DNA of 64,000 nt from an uncultured delta proteobacterium (GCA_963841435.1 CAWJCS010000001.1:224001-288000); one strand, 5' to 3'; positions 8,815 through 18,729 are shown, numbered from the stretch's first letter. Notes: generated by a model from the sequence alone, not told the origin. Translations and numbers: made by a program.

Positions 8815-9680
8815 GTGGCCACGAAGCGGCGCAGGCTCACGAAGGCGGCGACGGCACCGAGCAGCGCCCCCGCGGCGATCGTCCCGAGCACGAGCGACCA
8901 CGGCAAGAACGTCGGTGCGACGCCGAACAACGCGACGAGCTGCGCATCGACGTGGCTATCGACCACCAAGAACAGGATGCCGCAGAGCCCGAGCGCGAGC
9001 GTCGCGCCAATCGCGCCCTGGGCCGCGCCCTCGATGACGAACGGGTCGCGCACGTACGAGTCCGTGGCGCCGACGAGCTTCATGACCTCGACCTCGATGC
9101 GCCGGCGTTGCAAGGACAGGCGAATCGTCGAAGAAACGACGCTGATCACCGCGGCGAGCACGATGAGCGAGAGCAGCCCCGCGGCGGCGACGCCGCCGCC
9201 GAGCAGTGATTCGAGTCGCTCCGTCCAGCCACCGTAGGTCTCGACGCTCGCCACGGCGGGTAGCGCGCCGAGCTGGGCCGCGATCTGCGACAGCCGTTCG
9301 GAGCTCACGTCCTTCTTCACGGCGACCTCGAGCGACGCTGGGAAGGCGTCGGCGGGCAGCGCGTCGAGCACGGGATCCTTGCCGGCCTGGGCCACCTCGC
9401 GCCGCGCGTCCTCCGGCGTGACGTGTCGCACCGAGACGACCCCGTCGGAGGCGCGGAGCGCGCGCTCGATGCGAGCAATCTGCTCGGCGCTCGCTTCGCG
9501 CGTGAGATAGACCGACGCGCGGCCGAGGCTTGCCCAGCGCGCGCGCAGATGGTCGACGTTCACGACGGCGAGCAGCGTCGCCGACAGGCAGACGAACGCG
9601 ACGGCGACGGAGAAGATGCCGAGCGCGTGCAGCCGCAGATCGTTCTTAGCGCCGCGGAGGGCTCGCTGAATGGGTCTCAT
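8811..9680 (-). CDS. ftsX: Cell division protein FtsX
   Basis: RRIEVEVMKLVGATDSYVRDPFVIEG, four TM segments, lies between ftsE and envC. Confidence 0.93.
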   Translation of the reverse strand: MRPIQRALRGAKNDLRLHALGIFSVAVAFVCLSATLLAVVNVDHLRARWASLGRASVYLTREASAEQIARIERALRASDGVVSVRHVTPEDARREVAQAGKDPVLDALPADAFPASLEVAVKKDVSSERLSQIAAQLGALPAVASVETYGGWTERLESLLGGGVAAAGLLSLIVLAAVISVVSSTIRLSLQRRRIEVEVMKLVGATDSYVRDPFVIEGAAQGAIGATLALGLCGILFLVVDSHVDAQLVALFGVAPTFLPWSLVLGTIAAGALLGAVAAFVSLRRFVAT

Positions 9681-10492
9681 GCCGCCGCGCCCCGCTTGTC
9701 GGACCCCGACGAGTCGAGCTCGGACAGGCCGGCCTCGCCGTCGAGCCCCTCTGGGGCGTCGTAGGCGCGACCTTCGTCGAGCACCACGACGCGGCGCGGG
9801 CGGACGTCGAGCAGGCTGCGGTCGTGGGTGGCGAACAGCACCGTCACGCCGGTGTCGTTGATGTCCTCGATGAGACCGAGGATGTCGAGGGCAAGCTGGG
9901 GGTCGAGATTGCCGGTCGGTTCGTCGGCGAGCAGGAGCGCGGGCTCGCTGACGATGGCGCGCGCGATGGCGACGCGCTGTTGCTCGCCCCCCGAGAGGTA
10001 GCCGGCGGGCTCGGCGCCGCGCCCTGCGAGACCGACGCGCTCGAGGGCGGCACCGACACGCTGGCGGATGGTGCGAGACGGCAGCCCCAGGACCTCGAGC
10101 GGCAGCGCGACGTTGTCGAGCACCGACCAGTTTTTCACCAGACGAAAGTCCTGGAACACGATGCCGATGTTGCGGCGCAAAAACGGGATCGAGCTCGGTG
10201 TGAGCCGGCCGATCTCCCGGCCAAGGAACAAGATGCGTCCCGAGTCCACCCACTCCTCGGCGAACAGGAGGCGAAGCAGCGTGCTCTTGCCGGCCCCCGA
10301 AGGCCCGGTGATGAACACGAACTCGCCCCGCCCGATCTCGAGCGAGAGGCCACGCAGCACGGGCGCATCCGCGCGGTAGGCCTTGTGGACCCCTTCGAAG
10401 ACCAGCACCGGCCGCCCCTGTGCCAGGGGGTCGAAGCGGGCTCCGGGCCTCAACGCCGGCCTGAAGGCGCGTCGCGCGCCGCTCGCATCCAT
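9677..10492 (-). CDS. ftsE: Cell division ATP-binding protein FtsE
   Basis: [51 protein letters not shown]; start could be 10519. Confidence 0.95.
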   Translation of the reverse strand: MDASGARRAFRPALRPGARFDPLAQGRPVLVFEGVHKAYRADAPVLRGLSLEIGRGEFVFITGPSGAGKSTLLRLLFAEEWVDSGRILFLGREIGRLTPSSIPFLRRNIGIVFQDFRLVKNWSVLDNVALPLEVLGLPSRTIRQRVGAALERVGLAGRGAEPAGYLSGGEQQRVAIARAIVSEPALLLADEPTGNLDPQLALDILGLIEDINDTGVTVLFATHDRSLLDVRPRRVVVLDEGRAYDAPEGLDGEAGLSELDSSGSDKRGAAA

Positions 10493-10551
10493 ACGGAAGC
10501 GAGTACCAAAGGCACCCATTTCGACCAAGTTTTCGGGGCCCGGGAGGGCGA

Positions 10552-10962
10552 CTAGGGCGCCCAGGGATCGACGATCGCGGGGTCGGTTCGGGCGGCAATG
10601 GGCCCCGGCGCCCAGGGATCGACGATGTCCGTCACTACGGTTGCCCAGCTGTCGCTCGAGACGGGAGCGCGAGCCGCCAGAGGCGCAGGCGGCCGCTCGG
10701 ACACGGCGAGGCGGGCCGGGCTCGTCCAGCGGTGGACGACGGGCAGCGGGCGCGCGGCTTTCCACGGGTCGAGGACGGGGCGCGCCGCAGGGCTCTCGCC
10801 GGTCTGCCGCGCCCAGGCGCGCTCATCGGCTCTCGGAGCCACGCCTTGGGCGACGGCCTCCACGGGGAGCTGCGCCGTGTCGGCGCTCTGATCGCCCCAG
10901 GGATCCACGATGAGCGCGGACTGTCCGAGCGCTACCCCGCCGATGCTGAGGGCACCGATCAC
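10552..10962 (-). CDS. Hypothetical exported protein with repeated (I/V)(V/L)DPW motifs
   Basis: Hydrophobic N-terminus; LIVDPW, PVLDPW, DIVDPW, AIVDPW. Confidence 0.55.
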   Translation of the reverse strand: MIGALSIGGVALGQSALIVDPWGDQSADTAQLPVEAVAQGVAPRADERAWARQTGESPAARPVLDPWKAARPLPVVHRWTSPARLAVSERPPAPLAARAPVSSDSWATVVTDIVDPWAPGPIAARTDPAIVDPWAP

Positions 10963-11165
10963 GAGTAGCAGCGACGAGGTAAAGGACAGACTCGAATCAT
11001 GACGCGCCGCTCGGCCCCCTTCAAGTCTCGCCCGCCTTCACGAACGATTTCGTGGATCACCCGCTGGCGGGGCGCGGCGGTGCGCAGCCCGGACGGAACG
11101 ACCGAAGCCGGACGGACGTCCGCGTGACGCCGGCGCTCACCACGAAGGAAGCCCCTCGGCGCACG

Positions 11166-11181
11166 TGGCACGAGAGCTGCA
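11166..11181 (+). promoter_or_regulatory. Sigma-54 -24/-12 promoter
   Basis: TGGCACGAGAGCTGCA, GG-N10-GC spacing, 27 nt before SD-led ATG 11208. Confidence 0.75.
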
Positions 11182-11207
11182 GCGCACCGTCTCCGAAAGG
11201 AGACAGC

Positions 11208-11471
11208 ATGAGAAAGCAAACTTGGATGGCACCCGTCATCGTGTTCGGCGTCACGTCGTTCGCTGGTGCCGCGCTCGCGGACCCGGCGGCACCGACGCAA
11301 ACGTCGCCAGGCACCGATGCGGGACGCCACATCGCGGCGGCCTGCACGGAGATCGGCACGGCCTTCACGCCCAAGGGTGCGAAGGCGGGCCTCGCCAAGG
11401 CCGCGCAGCGCATCCGGCGCGGTTACCACGACTTCATGGCCGTGGCGCACGCTCCCACGCCGATGCGTTGA
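11208..11471 (+). CDS. Small secreted protein (87 aa)
   Basis: SD GAAAGGAGA; signal peptide MRKQTWMAPVIVFGVTSFAGAALA-D. Confidence 0.7.
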   Translation: MRKQTWMAPVIVFGVTSFAGAALADPAAPTQTSPGTDAGRHIAAACTEIGTAFTPKGAKAGLAKAAQRIRRGYHDFMAVAHAPTPMR

Positions 11472-11558
11472 GCGTTTCGGGGCGGCACGGCCGGGCGACG
11501 AGCGTTCGGTCGTGCCGCCCCCGCGGCCATCGCTGCGGCGTGATACGCTCGCCGCCCG

Positions 11559-13391
11559 GTGACGACAGGCTCGCGCCGCCGCGCTCTCGCGTGCACGCTC
11601 CTCGCGCTGTCGGCCGCGGGCTGCGCCGAGCACCCCGCCACTCGTTCGGCGAGCACGGTGCCGGCGCGAGCCCACGTCGCGAGCAACGTCGAGCGCACCG
11701 ACTACGCCGGCTCGGCACGCTGTGCTCCCTGCCACGCCGAGGAAACGGAGGCGTGGCGTGCGTCTCCCATGCACCGCATGACGCGCGAGCTCGGCACCAC
11801 GAGCGTTCGGGCGCCGTTCGACGGGGAGGTGCACGCGTTCAAGGGCGACACGGCGATGCTCGAGGAGCGCGACGGCGCCCGCTTCATGCGTCTCGTCGCG
11901 GGCGGCGAACCCGAGCGGCTGTTCCGGGTCACCAAGGTGATCGGCGGCCGGCACCGCGAGGACTTCGCCGGCGTCGAGGTGCGCCCCGACGCGCCGCTCG
12001 GCGCGCCCCTCGACGAGGAGCGCGTGCTGCCCCTGTCTTACCTCGTCTTCTCGGGCGAGTTTCGCTACAAGGGTTACTCGGTGATGGTCGGGGAGCGAGC
12101 GGGGCTCGAGCCAGGCCTCGTGTGGAAGCAGACCTGCATCTTCTGCCACAACACCGTGCCCATGCTCGCGACGCTCTACGACGAGCTTCACGGCCCTGGG
12201 CCACACGCCCCGAGCTATCAGGGCTCGGCGAGCACCGAGCTCCCGCCCGACAAGGCGTTTCGCTACCGGGTCACGGACGACGCCGCGCTCTTCGGTGCGC
12301 TCGGTCGCGAGCTCGGTGCGCTCGGCGTCCAGGGGCGCCTGCCGAGCGACGCTGCCGCGGCGCTCGAGGTAGCGTCCGACGTGACGCGCGAGCGTTTCGG
12401 CGAGGAGCACCTCGTCGAGCTCGGGATCGGGTGCGAGGCGTGTCACGGCGGAGCCCGCGAGCACGCCGATCACCCGGGTGCCGCCGTGCCGACCTTCGAG
12501 CTCGTGAGCGACGCGTTCGACGTTGAGAGCCCGAGCGGCGCCGTGCCGACGCACGCCGAGGACGTGAATCGCACGTGTGAGAAGTGCCACACGGTGCTGT
12601 TTTCCCGCTACCCGTACACGTGGGAGGGACGCACGCGCAAAAGCCACCCCGGTGGCAGCACGACGAACTCGGGTGAAGCTCGCGATTTTCTGCTCGGCGG
12701 CTGCTCGAAGGCGCTCGCCTGCACGAGCTGCCACGATCCGCACACCGAGGACAAAAAGGCCGATCTCGATGCGCTCGCGGGGCCGCGCGGCGACCGCCTC
12801 TGTACGAGCTGCCACGAGACGTACCGCGGGCCCGACGCCATGGCCGCTCACTCGCATCACCCCGCGGGGCGTTCGGGGCCGTCTTGCATCGACTGCCACA
12901 TGCCCAAAAAGAACATGGGCCTCGAGTACGGCCTCGTGCGTTACCACCGCATCGGCTCGCCCACGGACGAGGAGCGCGTGACGGGCGATCGTCCGCTCGA
13001 GTGCGCGCTCTGTCACGCCGACCGCTCGGTCGACCAGATCGTCACGACGATGGAGCGGTTCTGGAAAAAGAAGTACGATCGCCGCGCGCTCCGCCGTCTG
13101 TACGGCGACGATTTGCGCGTCAAGCCCCTCGACGTGACCCTGCTCGGCGGGCGGCCTCACGAGCGCGCCGTGGCGGCAGCCGCCGCGGCAGCGCACGGCC
13201 GGGTGGATCTCTTGCCGCGCATCGTCGCCGTTCTCGACGACGACTACCCGCTCGTCCGCTACTACGCGCGGGCCGCCGCGGAGCAGCTGCTCGGCGAACG
13301 CCTGCCGCTCGACATGTCGGCGAGCGGAGCCGAGACGCGCGCCGCGGCCGAGCGCTTTCTCGCGGAACGACGCCCGTCGGCATCGCGCTGA
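11559..13391 (+). CDS. Multiheme (8 CxxCH) c-type cytochrome lipoprotein with C-terminal HEAT-like helices
   Basis: Lipobox AAGC; CAPCH, CIFCH, CEACH, CEKCH, CTSCH, CTSCH, CIDCH, CALCH. Confidence 0.9.
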   Translation: MTTGSRRRALACTLLALSAAGCAEHPATRSASTVPARAHVASNVERTDYAGSARCAPCHAEETEAWRASPMHRMTRELGTTSVRAPFDGEVHAFKGDTAMLEERDGARFMRLVAGGEPERLFRVTKVIGGRHREDFAGVEVRPDAPLGAPLDEERVLPLSYLVFSGEFRYKGYSVMVGERAGLEPGLVWKQTCIFCHNTVPMLATLYDELHGPGPHAPSYQGSASTELPPDKAFRYRVTDDAALFGALGRELGALGVQGRLPSDAAAALEVASDVTRERFGEEHLVELGIGCEACHGGAREHADHPGAAVPTFELVSDAFDVESPSGAVPTHAEDVNRTCEKCHTVLFSRYPYTWEGRTRKSHPGGSTTNSGEARDFLLGGCSKALACTSCHDPHTEDKKADLDALAGPRGDRLCTSCHETYRGPDAMAAHSHHPAGRSGPSCIDCHMPKKNMGLEYGLVRYHRIGSPTDEERVTGDRPLECALCHADRSVDQIVTTMERFWKKKYDRRALRRLYGDDLRVKPLDVTLLGGRPHERAVAAAAAAAHGRVDLLPRIVAVLDDDYPLVRYYARAAAEQLLGERLPLDMSASGAETRAAAERFLAERRPSASR

Positions 13392-13398
13392 GTCTGAC

Positions 13399-13552
13399 GC
13401 ACCGAGCGCTCTGATTCAGAAGCAGGCGTCGATCGCCGCAGAGCGCGGCGGCCCCGCGTCGGGTCCGGTGACGGGGTGGGTGGCGCTGGGTCTCGATTTG
13501 CCTCGCGTGCCCTTGGCAAATCGTGAAAGGATCATTTGGATGCGCTCGGTGC
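13399..13552 (+). ncRNA. Candidate structured intergenic RNA (unassigned)
   Basis: 11-bp closing stem GCACCGAGCGC/GCGCTCGGTGC enclosing several internal hairpins; G-U pairs favour the + strand. Confidence 0.4.
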
Positions 13553-13608
13553 TCGTGCTCCTCGTCGCCGCCACGGGCGACGGCGTGTGGACGAAGGCTG
13601 GCTGAGTC

Positions 13609-14556
13609 GTGGCGACGCCGCTTCGTCTGGCTTTCTTCGGCCTGCCGCTCGCGCCGTACCTCTTGTCTCTCGATGGTCATGACGTGCGACTCGCCGTGCT
13701 CTCCCCCGTTTCCGCTCCCGGGCGCCGGCGTCTGCGGCGCGTGATCGGTGAGGAGCGGGTGCTCGACGCGCTGTCGTACCGACCGTTCGAGAACGCCGTC
13801 GAGCGGGCGCTAGCCCAGGATCCGCCCGATCTCATCGTGAGCTGGTTCTGGACACGACGGCTCCCCGCCGCGTGGCTCTCGCGCGCGCGGCACGGCGCCA
13901 TCGGTGCCCATCCGTCACTGCTCCCGAGGCACCGCGGACCGAATCCGTATTTCTGGGCGATCGATGCTGGCGATACCGAGACGGGTGTGACCATTCACTG
14001 CCTGACCGAGCGCTACGACGACGGCGAGATCCTGGAACAACGCCTCCTGCCGATCGGCGAGCGCGACTCCTGGCAGCTCGCGCGCGCGCTCGACCGTCCC
14101 TCGCTCCGGCTGCTTCGCGACGTCGTGACGGAGTTCGCCGCCGGCCGGGCGCCGCCGGGGCGGGCACAGGACGACGCCCTTGCGACCTGGGCACCCGAGC
14201 CCGAGGGCGACGCGCTGCATCTCGACTTCGCGTGGCCTACCGAGCGCGTGCTCCGCCGCATTCGCGCGTTGTGTCCCACGCCCGGCGCCTTCATCGACGT
14301 GGAGGGCCTTCGGCTCGTGCTCTTCAGGGCTGCGCCGACGCTCGACTTCCCGCGGGCGCTCGAGCCGGGCGAGGCGGCGGTCACGGGGGAGGAGCCGCGC
14401 CTCGTGGTGCGCACGGCCACGGGCGCCCTGGCCGTGGAAGCCGCGGCGCTCGATACCGGCTCCGAAACCGGGGAGGTCCTCGACGGCGCGGCGGTGGCCC
14501 GAGCCGCACGAAACCACCTCGCCGCACGGCAGGCCGCGAAGGATCCGGGGTGGTGA
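13609..14556 (+). CDS. Formyltransferase (methionyl-tRNA formyltransferase-like)
   Basis: LRLAFFG, PDLIVSWFW, GAHPSLLPRHRGPNP, TGVTIH, YDDGEIL, RRIRALCPTPGA. Confidence 0.88.
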   Translation: MATPLRLAFFGLPLAPYLLSLDGHDVRLAVLSPVSAPGRRRLRRVIGEERVLDALSYRPFENAVERALAQDPPDLIVSWFWTRRLPAAWLSRARHGAIGAHPSLLPRHRGPNPYFWAIDAGDTETGVTIHCLTERYDDGEILEQRLLPIGERDSWQLARALDRPSLRLLRDVVTEFAAGRAPPGRAQDDALATWAPEPEGDALHLDFAWPTERVLRRIRALCPTPGAFIDVEGLRLVLFRAAPTLDFPRALEPGEAAVTGEEPRLVVRTATGALAVEAAALDTGSETGEVLDGAAVARAARNHLAARQAAKDPGW

Positions 14557-14616
14557 CGAGCGAGCCCCGACGGGTGTTAGACTGGTCGCCTACCAGCTTC
14601 GAAGGGACAGGAATCG

Positions 14617-15600
14617 ATGGACCAAGTCACCTTGGCGCGGACAGCGCGGGAAAGCCTGGCGAGGGGGTTGGGCGCCTTGCAGACTCCCGGGGTGCCGCCC
14701 GAGCTTCTCAGGGCGGCGGAGCCGCTTGCGAACGCGATGAGCGCCTTGCATCGCGTCGAGCAATCGCGCGGGGCCGCGAGCCCGGAGGCGGCGCCGTCCG
14801 CGCTCGCGGCGCTCCGCCAAGCGCTCGCCCAGCTTCAGAGCACCCAGATGAGGCACCCCGCCGTCGATCAGGCAACCGCCGCGATCGCGAGCGCCCTCGG
14901 TCAGGTGCACCAGCTCACGGCGCTCGTGGGGCAGGCCTCCGTCGCTCCGTCGCCGCCCACCAAGCCCTCGAGCCAGTACGACTACCAGGCGCATCACCCG
15001 CCGCAGGTCGCGGTCGTCGGGCAACCGGGGGGGCAAGCGCCGCCACCCCAGCCGGCGAGCGCCGTGGCGGCAACGCAGCTGGCGCCCCAGTGGGGACAGC
15101 CCGCTGCACCCCCGCCGCAGCAGGCGTGGCAACAGCCGCCGCCGGCCGCGCCGCAGCAGGCGTGGCAACAGCCGCCGCCGGCCGCGCCGCAGCAGGTGTG
15201 GCAACAGCCGCCGCCGGCCGCGCCGCAGCAGGCGTGGCAACAGCCGCCGCCGGCCGCGCCCGGCGGCGCCGTGCGCGTCGAAGCCGCGCTCGGTGCCCAT
15301 AGCACCACGAACTTTTACAAGGGACTGAGCGGCAACAACGTCATCGATTCGGGGGGCATTTTCATCGCCACGTACACGATTCCCGATGTGGGCCAACAGC
15401 TCGTGATCAAGGTGAGCATGCCCGGTGGCTACGAGTTCGAGGCCATGGGCGTCGTTCGCTGGACGCGCGACGCGCCCATGTCCGGCACGGATTCTCCGCC
15501 CGGCTTCGGTGCGCAGTTCACGCAGATCTCGCCCGAGGGCCGCCAGCTCGTCTATCGCTACGTCAGAAATCGCGAGCCGTTGTTCCACGACGACCTCTGA
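14617..15600 (+). CDS. Protein with C-terminal TIGR02266 / PilZ-like myxobacterial domain
   Basis: HSTTNFYKGLSG...SGGIFIATY...GVVRW...PPGFGAQF...REPLFHDD. Confidence 0.85.
   Translation: MDQVTLARTARESLARGLGALQTPGVPPELLRAAEPLANAMSALHRVEQSRGAASPEAAPSALAALRQALAQLQSTQMRHPAVDQATAAIASALGQVHQLTALVGQASVAPSPPTKPSSQYDYQAHHPPQVAVVGQPGGQAPPPQPASAVAATQLAPQWGQPAAPPPQQAWQQPPPAAPQQAWQQPPPAAPQQVWQQPPPAAPQQAWQQPPPAAPGGAVRVEAALGAHSTTNFYKGLSGNNVIDSGGIFIATYTIPDVGQQLVIKVSMPGGYEFEAMGVVRWTRDAPMSGTDSPPGFGAQFTQISPEGRQLVYRYVRNREPLFHDDL
15115..15258 (+). repeat. In-frame 36-bp tandem repeat x4 (PQQ[A/V]WQQPPPAA)
   Basis: Four near-identical copies with one C>T difference in copy 3. Confidence 0.95.
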
Positions 15601-15621
15601 GCGCGGCGCGCGTTCGATCCG

Positions 15622-18570
15622 ATGCGCGGTCCAGCGAGCCGACACTACGCGCTCGGCACGCTGATCGTCGCGCTCGCTCTGTTCGTGGCGCGCCCGTCGC
15701 GCGCCGGTGATCCGTACGTTCGCTGGTACACGCTCGCGTCGCCGCACTTCCGCGTTCACTTTCACGCGGGCATCGAGCCGGTCGCGCAGAAAGTCGCGAG
15801 CGTCGCCGAGTCCGCCTACGCCCGACTCACCCCCGAGCTCGGCTTCGTCCCGCGGCGCGTCACCGAGGTCGTGCTCACCGACCAGAGCGAGTTCGCGAAC
15901 GGTGTCGCTTCGCCGCTGCCTTACCCGGCCGTCTTGCTCTACGTGACCGCGCCCGACGACATGTCGAGCCTCGGCGATTACGACGACTGGGTCACCGAGC
16001 TCGTCACCCACGAATTCACGCACATCCTGCACCTTCAGAATACGTCGGGCCTTCCAGCCGTTTACAACACGATCTTCGGGCCCACGCTCGCGCCCAACCA
16101 GGAGCAGCCGCACTGGATCATCGAGGGGCTCGCCGTGGCGATGGAGACCGAGCACACGACCGCCGGTCGTCTGCGCGGCTCGCAGTTCGACATGTTCCTG
16201 CGAGCCGACGTGCTCGAAGGGCGCATCCGTCGGCTCGACGAAATCAGCAACCTCCCGCGCCGCTATCCGGGCGCGACGCTCTGGTACCTCTACGGCGCGA
16301 AGTTCGTCGGTTGGATCGTCAGCATCTACGGGTCCGACGTGTTCAGCGCCGTCGCCACCGATTACGGCGCGCAGGTCATCCCCTACGCCGTCAATCGTTC
16401 CATCCGCCGCGCGACGGGGCGCACCTACGAGGAGCTCTACCGGGGGTTTCTCGTCAACATGGAGCGGCGCTACCGCGCGCAGGTGGCCGAGGTCGCGCGG
16501 CGCGGGCTCCGTGAAGGTCGGCGGCTCACGGCACACGGCTACGGAGCGCTCGATCCGCGCTTCGTCCCGGCGGCGTGCGGCGGCGTGCGGCGCGTCACGT
16601 ACGTGCGCGAGGACGGTGACGGCCTGCCCGGCATCTACTCGGTGCCCCTCGACGGAAAGAGCGTCGAGGGGCGCGAGGAGCTCGTGGCGCGCACGGCCGG
16701 ACGCAGCCACGCCTACGCGCCCGACTGCTCGCTCGTGTTCGACTCGATTCTGCCCTCGCGAAGGCTCTACGGCTTCAGTGATCTCGTTCGGCTCCCGCCC
16801 GGCGAGCGCTCCCCCGCGGGCACCGAGAAGAACCGTGAGCGGCTCACGACGAGCCGCCGCGCCCACGACGTCAACGTGAGCCCCGACGGGCGCTTCGTCA
16901 CGTACGTCACCAACGACCGCGGCACGACCACGCTGCGCCTCGCCGAGCTCACGGCGGACCACCGTATCGTCAACGAGCGCGCGCTCGTGCCGAGCGGCCG
17001 CTTCGAGCAAGCGTACACACCGCGCTTTTCGCCGGACGGGCGCCGCATCGCCTACGCTACTTGGACGGACGGCGGCTATCGGGACGTCCGCATCGTCGAC
17101 ATCGACGGCCGGCACCTCGTCGAGCTCTTCCACGACCGCGCCATCGACCAGCAGCCCGTCTGGTCACCCGACGGTAAGACGCTCTTTTTCACGTCCGACC
17201 GCACGGGCATCGCGAACGTCTACGCCTACGAGCTTGCCACCGGACGGCTTCGCCAGGTCACCAACGTGCGCACGGGCGCGTACATGCCGGCACCGTCGCC
17301 CGACGGAAAGACGCTGGTTTACGTGGGCTACACGAGCGACGGCTTCGACCTCTACGAGATGCCGCTCGACGAGGCGGCGTTTCTCGACGCGCTGCCCGCC
17401 TCGACCGAGCGCGCCGCGAGCGTGCCGCCCGCCTCGGGACGCTACGCCGTGGAGCCCTACGCTGCGCTTCCGACCCTCTCCCCGCGCTCGTTCCGCATCT
17501 CGTACGGCACGGGCACCTTCGGTCCAGCGCTCGACCTCTCCACGTTCGGTCAAGACGCCATCGGCCGCCATGCCTTCAACCTCGCGCTCGGCATTCAGAC
17601 GAGAACGGGCGACCTGCTCGGCTCGCTCGACTACGCCTACTACCGGTTGCCCTTCGATTTTCACGCATCGCTCTTCCGCAGTGCGGCGTATCGCGAGGAC
17701 TATCGCGTCGGCGCGGAGGCCACGCGCGTCGTGGAGCATCAGATCGGCGCGACCACGGGCGTCGGCCTCGGCGTGCCCGGCGCCTTCGACGGCCAGGGCG
17801 TGGACCTTTCGTACACGCTTGCCTACTGGAACCACGAGCGTCCCATGCCAAGGCTGCTCGATCCGGCCAGCTCCGTGCCCGTCGAGCCGCCGACGGGGGT
17901 CATCGGTATCGTCAGGCTCGCCTACGCCTACGCGAGCGCGAGCGGCACGCCCCTCGGCATCAGCCTCGAGCGCGGCCTGCGCCTCGATCTCGCCGCCGAT
18001 CTCGCCGACCCCGCCTGGGGTAGCGAAGACACGCTCACCGCGTTCTCCGGCACGCTCCGCGGTTACGTCCCCATGCCCTGGCTTCGCCACCACGTGCTCG
18101 CGCTCGCGCTCTCGGGCGGCTCCGCCGTGGGCAGCTACACGCGCTACGGCCTCTACTCCACGGGCGGCTTCACCGCAGAATCGGCCGTCAACGCCTACAC
18201 GAGCGGCGTCCGCCAGAGCGCCTTCGTGCTGCGCGGCTACGACCCGGGGCAATTCACGGGCTCGAACTACAACCTCTTGAACGTCGAATACCGCTTCCCC
18301 ATCGCGTATCCCGATCGCGGCCTCAGCACCCTGCCGCTCTTCTTGAGCACGCTGAGTGGCGCGGCGTTCTTCGACTGGGGCGGTGCTTACGATGCGATGA
18401 ATTTCCGCCACCCCGGCGAAGTGCTGCACCCTGCCGTGGGCGCCGAGCTCTGGGTCAACTTCACCCTATTTTACTTCACGGGAGCGAACCTCAGGCTCGG
18501 TGTTGCGCGCGGGCTCGATGACGAAGCGAAAGGGACGCAGGGGTATTTCGTGGCGGCATCGGGGTTTTGA
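15622..18570 (+). CDS. Outer-membrane protein: Zn-peptidase-like N-terminus, PD40/TolB beta-propeller, Omp85/BamA-type barrel
   Basis: Signal peptide; HEFTH...WIIEGLA; repeated P.(F/W)SPDGK/R; LRGY and EYRFPI barrel motifs; terminal Phe. Confidence 0.85.
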   Translation: MRGPASRHYALGTLIVALALFVARPSRAGDPYVRWYTLASPHFRVHFHAGIEPVAQKVASVAESAYARLTPELGFVPRRVTEVVLTDQSEFANGVASPLPYPAVLLYVTAPDDMSSLGDYDDWVTELVTHEFTHILHLQNTSGLPAVYNTIFGPTLAPNQEQPHWIIEGLAVAMETEHTTAGRLRGSQFDMFLRADVLEGRIRRLDEISNLPRRYPGATLWYLYGAKFVGWIVSIYGSDVFSAVATDYGAQVIPYAVNRSIRRATGRTYEELYRGFLVNMERRYRAQVAEVARRGLREGRRLTAHGYGALDPRFVPAACGGVRRVTYVREDGDGLPGIYSVPLDGKSVEGREELVARTAGRSHAYAPDCSLVFDSILPSRRLYGFSDLVRLPPGERSPAGTEKNRERLTTSRRAHDVNVSPDGRFVTYVTNDRGTTTLRLAELTADHRIVNERALVPSGRFEQAYTPRFSPDGRRIAYATWTDGGYRDVRIVDIDGRHLVELFHDRAIDQQPVWSPDGKTLFFTSDRTGIANVYAYELATGRLRQVTNVRTGAYMPAPSPDGKTLVYVGYTSDGFDLYEMPLDEAAFLDALPASTERAASVPPASGRYAVEPYAALPTLSPRSFRISYGTGTFGPALDLSTFGQDAIGRHAFNLALGIQTRTGDLLGSLDYAYYRLPFDFHASLFRSAAYREDYRVGAEATRVVEHQIGATTGVGLGVPGAFDGQGVDLSYTLAYWNHERPMPRLLDPASSVPVEPPTGVIGIVRLAYAYASASGTPLGISLERGLRLDLAADLADPAWGSEDTLTAFSGTLRGYVPMPWLRHHVLALALSGGSAVGSYTRYGLYSTGGFTAESAVNAYTSGVRQSAFVLRGYDPGQFTGSNYNLLNVEYRFPIAYPDRGLSTLPLFLSTLSGAAFFDWGGAYDAMNFRHPGEVLHPAVGAELWVNFTLFYFTGANLRLGVARGLDDEAKGTQGYFVAASGF

Positions 18571-18729
18571 GACAAGCGAAGGTCCTCGGAGTATTTCCGT
18601 GCGTCGGATGCAGAAGTGGCGGCCGAAGTGACTCGGCAGCTCGTCGCGGTGCGGTGGAAGGGACGCCCTTGCGGAGCGGGGGCTTCTGAAGGACTATCAC
18701 CGCGGCTTTCTCTGACTAACGGGTGCACC

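Noticed and set aside
15115-15258. 36-bp repeats as a CRISPR array
   Set aside because: No spacers, in-frame coding repeats, no cas genes
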